This document shows positions 59,442 to 64,000 of a stretch of 64,000 nucleotides of DNA, in pieces. The stretch comes from Promethearchaeota archaeon. Its GTDB lineage: Archaea > Asgardarchaeota > Lokiarchaeia > Sigyniarchaeales > SOKP01. The stretch is taken from positions 1-64,000 of the forward strand of contig JAHPZJ010000027.1 in assembly GCA_019058245.1 (NCBI GenBank), written 5' to 3'. Position 1 is the first letter of the stretch. Every line of letters begins with the position of its first letter. Under the pieces are notes generated by a model. The model searched no databases, was not told the DNA's origin, and worked only from the letters and a program-made list of their open reading frames with translations. The position numbers and the translations under genes are program-made.

Positions 59442-59687
59442 ATATGGAAAAAAAAATAATATCAAAATTGCTCCTGAGCTATAAACAAGTATATACCAGT
59501 AAAGCCAAAATATATCTCCTTTTTGGGGTTCAGTTGGATGATATGTAATAAGGATGAAAGCATCATTAATAAAGTGAGATAAAAAAGCAAATAAAATGGT
59601 AAATATAATATTAATCGGAAATATAAAAATCTTAAAACAAAAGATCTGGATTAATTTACCAGTTAGAACATGAGTAGGTAAATTTAT
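59430..59687 (-). pseudogene. Truncated membrane metal-dependent hydrolase-like frame (ATA start)
   Basis: INLPTHVLTG...FAFLSHFINDA...YHP: THxxxG and SHxxxD motifs; no canonical start, ends early. Confidence 0.4.
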
Positions 59688-59839
59688 TATCTTCTGCTTT
59701 AGATAAAAAGATCATAATCCAGATAAAAATAATGATAATAAAAATTCTTAAGTTTAGAAATAATTTTTTATTAGTACATATTATTTAAAACAAAAGAAGA
59801 TAACTCAAATAATGAAAAATAGAGAGTGTGAAAATTATT

Positions 59840-60775
59840 ATGGGAATGTTAGATGGAAAAGTAGCAATTATTACAGGTGCTGGTAGGGGATTAGGTCGTG
59901 AAGAAGCTTTACTTTTTGCCAAAGAAGGGTGTAATTTAGTTGTTAACGATTTAGGTGCAGGTTTTGATGGTAGTGGGGCTGAAACAAAGGTTGCTGATGA
60001 GATAGTAAAAGATTGCGAGAATTTGGGAGCAAAAGCTATAGCAAATTATGATTCCGTAACAGATTTCAATAAAGCTAAAGCCATGATCGACCAAGCAGTT
60101 TCTGAATTTGGGAAATTGGACATTCTTGTAAACAATGCAGGTATTCTTAGAGATCGAATGCTTTTTAATATGACAGAGCAAGAATTTGATGATGTTGTTG
60201 CTGTACATCTAAAAGGTACTTTTAATATGACTCGTCATGCTGCTGCTTATTTTAGAACCACTGTTAAGGCAAATGAGTCACTTGGAAATTTCGGAAGAGT
60301 TATTAATACAGCATCTGATGCAGGTCTAACCGGGAATTTGGGGCAAACTAATTATGGAGCAGCAAAAGCCGGTATTGCAGCATTTACTATGAATGCTTCG
60401 ATGGAACTAAAAAAGTATGCTACAGTTAATTGTATCGTTCCATTAGCAAGAACTCGTTTAACTGTTGATGCAACTCCACAAACTGCTGAATTTATGAAGA
60501 AACTCGATAAATCAGGCTATGATATTTTTAATCCTGTTAATGTAGCACCTATGGTTGCATTTCTAGCATCAGATAAAGCTTCAAAAATCAATGGTGAAGT
60601 ATTTAGAGTTGTAGGAGATCGTATTATGTTATTCCAAGGATGGCATACTGTTCATCAAATTAACAATGATCATAAGCCATTTACCCCTCAATTGATAGCG
60701 GAAAGAATTAACGAATTAATAAAAGCAGCACCCAAAAAAGAAAATTTATTTGGTCTTTTAGGAGATCTGGTTTAG
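59840..60775 (+). CDS. SDR oxidoreductase (HSD17B4/MFE-2 dehydrogenase-like)
   Basis: [31 protein letters not shown]. Confidence 0.9.
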   Translation: MGMLDGKVAIITGAGRGLGREEALLFAKEGCNLVVNDLGAGFDGSGAETKVADEIVKDCENLGAKAIANYDSVTDFNKAKAMIDQAVSEFGKLDILVNNAGILRDRMLFNMTEQEFDDVVAVHLKGTFNMTRHAAAYFRTTVKANESLGNFGRVINTASDAGLTGNLGQTNYGAAKAGIAAFTMNASMELKKYATVNCIVPLARTRLTVDATPQTAEFMKKLDKSGYDIFNPVNVAPMVAFLASDKASKINGEVFRVVGDRIMLFQGWHTVHQINNDHKPFTPQLIAERINELIKAAPKKENLFGLLGDLV

Positions 60776-60841
60776 CAATATTTTAAATTTCTTTTTTTCT
60801 TTAATTTTTTTTTTTTTCTATAAGTGATTTGTGTGAAATAT

Positions 60842-61120
60842 TTATTCCAAATTATGAGTTATTTCTCTGAAAATATGATAAATAAGCATAATAATTCTAT
60901 CAAAATCTTTTTCAGATATATTAGAGTTATTGTTTTCCAGTTTGTTTAACAAAAACTCTAATTTATCTAATCCATTTTTGAGATATGAAATTTCTTGTTT
61001 ATTTCTTGTTCTTTCAAATCGAGTTTTTAAAAAAATTATCTCACTTAAAAGCATTTTTACCATCTTTACTTTTCTTAGTTGAATAATATTATCATACGAC
61101 CACAAAACTATTTTACTCAT
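60842..61120 (-). CDS. Small hypothetical protein
   Basis: 92-aa ORF preceded by a GAGG SD. Confidence 0.5.
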   Translation of the reverse strand: MSKIVLWSYDNIIQLRKVKMVKMLLSEIIFLKTRFERTRNKQEISYLKNGLDKLEFLLNKLENNNSNISEKDFDRIIMLIYHIFREITHNLE

Positions 61121-61346
61121 TTTTAAACCTCTAAAGTGATATTTTTCCTAAATTATAATAAATAAAAAGTGAATAAATGTCTTAAAGAGACCAATATTTA
61201 AGATTCAATTTATTATTAAAATTTTAAATAATCTTAAACTTACATTTAAAAAAAATTTAAGAATTTGGATTTAGTATTAAATGAAAAGAAAGCGCTATGA
61301 TTATATGTAATCTAATTTATTTCTCTCTTTGTTTACACTCTTTTAA

Positions 61347-61817
61347 TCATTTTTCCTCAATTAAATCTTTATAGAAGTCATCACTATACATATCTTCATC
61401 ATCTTTTTCTCTTTTCATATCCAGATACATATAGTAAGCACTTATTAAAGCCCCTCCAAGTAATCCAACAGGAATTCCTGTTAAGACGACATTTAAAAAC
61501 CAAACTAAAAAAAAAACAATGTTAGGATAATAGATTAATGTATCCAATAAAGAGATTAGGAACGCTGACATAATACCTCCAAATATTCCTACTATTATAC
61601 CACATGATAATATTTTTTGATTCTTAGATCTATTTCTTAACGCATAAAACACTCCAATAACAGTACCAATTAAAAATTGAAGATCATAAATAAGATATAA
61701 ACGTACAAAAAAAGTATGAGTAGTTAAATAAGCTATAGCTGAGACTATAACATTAAAACTTAAACCTAATTTAACATTGCGTTCTTGAAAATATTCAATA
61801 AAATTCAAAATATCCAC
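61347..61817 (-). CDS. Four-TM membrane protein
   Basis: Gly-rich TM helices, acidic tail. Confidence 0.55.
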   Translation of the reverse strand: MDILNFIEYFQERNVKLGLSFNVIVSAIAYLTTHTFFVRLYLIYDLQFLIGTVIGVFYALRNRSKNQKILSCGIIVGIFGGIMSAFLISLLDTLIYYPNIVFFLVWFLNVVLTGIPVGLLGGALISAYYMYLDMKREKDDEDMYSDDFYKDLIEEK

Positions 61818-61895
61818 TGAAATATTGATTTTTCAAAATAATGGAATTAAGAAAATGAAAAAACAATAATATAAGAAACTTTTCAAAATAAATTG

Positions 61896-62687
61896 TTATC
61901 TGTCAGCACCAGGTATGTCCTTACCTTTTGTTATTGCCTTTGTTATTCCTTTTTTTACTATTTTTGTAGGATCCACCAGATTTTTTAGACCCTGTACTGC
62001 GGCATCTCCTGCCTGTCCAAGAACATCACCACTAATTGTGCCTCCACCAATCAATTCTTCCGCAATAACTCCTACAGCTGGAGTTAATGCGGCAGATACA
62101 ATTGTGGTAACTGCTGCTATGGCTACAAACTTTGCAATTTTTAGGGCAATTGGACTATCATTTCCTTTTTTAGCCTTTTCATCATCTCCTACAGCTTCTA
62201 AGGATCTTGTAAGCCCCTTTATTAATCTATTTAAAGCATCTTCCTTCTTCAATTTATTACCTTTATAATAAATACCATCCTTATAAGCAACCTCTAAGAA
62301 TTTTGTTAAAGATTTATATTTTACAACTTTTTTATATCCATTCCAGCCCTCTTCTTGGAAATTTGTCAATATAGAAGTGCATGGTTTACCATTCTTTACA
62401 TTGAATACATAGATTTTTGGCTCTTTTTTATCACTAAGATAAATAGCTTCATAAATAAAATCTCCAATTTCTTCTTTATTACCTATTAATATCCTAAAAT
62501 TAATTTTATCAGTATTACCTATCAAACCCTTAGAAAATTTTGCTAAAGCTACTTTTCCTTTTTTCGCTTTTTTTTCTTCCTCCATAACTGTGTCAGAACG
62601 TTTTTCTTCAAAATAATCATTTAGAACATCAAAAGCATCTTTAAATACCTTTTTAGCCTTATCAATCTCCTTTCCCATAAATTTCAC
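61896..62687 (-). CDS. Hypothetical protein with C-terminal hydrophobic/Gly-rich helices
   Basis: 263-aa ORF. Confidence 0.55.
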   Translation of the reverse strand: MKFMGKEIDKAKKVFKDAFDVLNDYFEEKRSDTVMEEEKKAKKGKVALAKFSKGLIGNTDKINFRILIGNKEEIGDFIYEAIYLSDKKEPKIYVFNVKNGKPCTSILTNFQEEGWNGYKKVVKYKSLTKFLEVAYKDGIYYKGNKLKKEDALNRLIKGLTRSLEAVGDDEKAKKGNDSPIALKIAKFVAIAAVTTIVSAALTPAVGVIAEELIGGGTISGDVLGQAGDAAVQGLKNLVDPTKIVKKGITKAITKGKDIPGADR

Positions 62688-62976
62688 TTCACTTTAATAG
62701 ATTTGGGTTACATTAAATATTAAAATCAAAATATTTATGTTTATTTCTTTTGAAAAGCTTTATTAAGCAAAATAGTTAATGAAATCTAGTCATTTATATT
62801 GTAATTACTATATAAAATATTTTTATTTTCTGGAATTCATTCTTTTAAGATTTTTCTCATCAGATATTAAGAAAAATTTGATTTTTAAACAAGATTCCTA
62901 TACTTAAATAATAATAAATCTTAAATAATAATTATAGAATTAATCTTCTCAATAACATAAATGTAAATTGAGTTAA

Positions 62977-63330
62977 ATGAGTGAAAGAATAACTGAAATA
63001 CTCGATAGTTTAAAGTCAATAAAAGGGGTACATGGTGCTGCTTTAATTGAGAAATTTGGCCTAATAAAAGGGAGTGCTCTGCCTGGTTGGGTTGATCCTG
63101 AAGCCGTTGCCGCAATGGTGACATTGATATTAAAGGCGAGCCAGAGAGCAACGAAAGAATTGGAACAGGGTCAATTTTTTAGTGCTATTATAGAATCTGA
63201 AAAAGGCAAAATCCTTTTTAGCGAAATTAAAGGAAATATTTTGACTATAATTACCACTCGTGAAGCAAAATTAGGTATAATTAATTTAAAACTAGATGCT
63301 GCTAGTTCAGCATTAGGTGAATTGATTTAA
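62977..63330 (+). CDS. Roadblock/LC7 domain protein
   Basis: GVHGAALI...GL....LP...D...VAAM......A......EL..G......IE...G; AKLG.I. Confidence 0.9.
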   Translation: MSERITEILDSLKSIKGVHGAALIEKFGLIKGSALPGWVDPEAVAAMVTLILKASQRATKELEQGQFFSAIIESEKGKILFSEIKGNILTIITTREAKLGIINLKLDAASSALGELI

Positions 63331-63456
63331 TTTTTTTATTCTTTTTTTTTAAATAAGATATTAAAAAGTTTATTATCTTCTTCTCAAAATTCATTACTTA
63401 AGATTTAAAACTTAATAAAAATAAATATATTACAGTATAATAGAGAGGTGATTTAT

Positions 63457-64000
63457 CTGGTATTTATAAATTTAGAAGGTAAATTTGATAATAATTATTA
63501 TTTATTAGATGGTATGACTATGGGAACGCAGAAGTATCTTTCAATTTATATCATAGAACATAATGGAATGCGATTAATGATTGATGTTGGAGAATCTTTC
63601 AAAATTCGTAAAATTTTAAAAAAACTCAAAGATATGGGATTATATCCAATCCATAAAATCTTATTAACTCATTCTCATTGGGATCATGCTCAAGGGCTTT
63701 CAAAAATAATTAGTTCTATGAAGGATTTGGATATTGAAATATTAGCTTCTGAAAATGCTATTGAGAATTTAAAGCATCCTGAAAATATGATTAAAGGATT
63801 TGAAAATATGGGTGATTTATATCCTTTTGATGAAGAGATTACTCCTTTGAAGGAAGGAGACATTATTGATATAAATGGATTAGAATTAGAAATAGTCAAC
63901 TTATTTGGGCATACTAAGGATTCTATAGGGATTATTGATAAAATCAATAAAAATATATTCGTGGGAGATGCAATTTTAGAGAGATTAGATCAAAATGCTT
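63457..64000 (+). CDS. Metallo-beta-lactamase-fold hydrolase (runs off the window end; probable CTG start)
   Basis: MIDVG, THSHWDH, GHT, FVGDA; GAGGTGA SD 5 nt before CTG at 63457 (first ATG at 63514). Confidence 0.85.
   Translation, partial: MVFINLEGKFDNNYYLLDGMTMGTQKYLSIYIIEHNGMRLMIDVGESFKIRKILKKLKDMGLYPIHKILLTHSHWDHAQGLSKIISSMKDLDIEILASENAIENLKHPENMIKGFENMGDLYPFDEEITPLKEGDIIDINGLELEIVNLFGHTKDSIGIIDKINKNIFVGDAILERLDQNA

Noticed and set aside
449-63947. Short antisense or overlapping ORFs in the track (e.g. 449-634, 2196-2564, 31010-31480, 61915-62268, 63690-63947)
   Set aside because: They are shadows of well-supported genes on the opposite strand or another frame, with no motifs of their own

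Overview
AT-rich, gene-dense archaeal DNA, most consistent with an Asgard archaeon of the Lokiarchaeia: it has BHB-intron tRNAs, aCPSF1/FttA, an EF-2 paralog without the diphthamide motif, and gelsolin-, longin- and roadblock-like domains. Main blocks: (1) an inositol-phosphate cluster (MIPS, four ITPK1-like ATP-grasp enzymes, a HAD phosphatase; 3.4-9.4 kb). (2) A ~14-kb chemotaxis operon (16.5-30.3 kb: CheW, CheY, CheA, a CheW-CheC-CheC fusion, two CheB, CheD, CheC). It has no receptor, CheF or archaellum gene, but it embeds a gelsolin-domain gene, a longin-like gene and a possible CheR remnant. (3) Housekeeping genes and two intron-containing tRNAs. (4) The top discovery, absent from the ORF track: two tandem paralogous small two-TM genes (41629-41880, 42118-42333). 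Each has an in-frame UGA at the homologous position and each is followed by a covarying eukaryote-type SECIS element with an extra GNRA hairpin, so they are a candidate new membrane selenoprotein family. Other notable items are two coiled-coil paralogs that appear to start at a conserved AUU codon, a candidate ~143-nt structured ncRNA, and a UFL1-like winged-helix/adaptin-ear protein. All family assignments come from motif recognition by eye; no database search was run.
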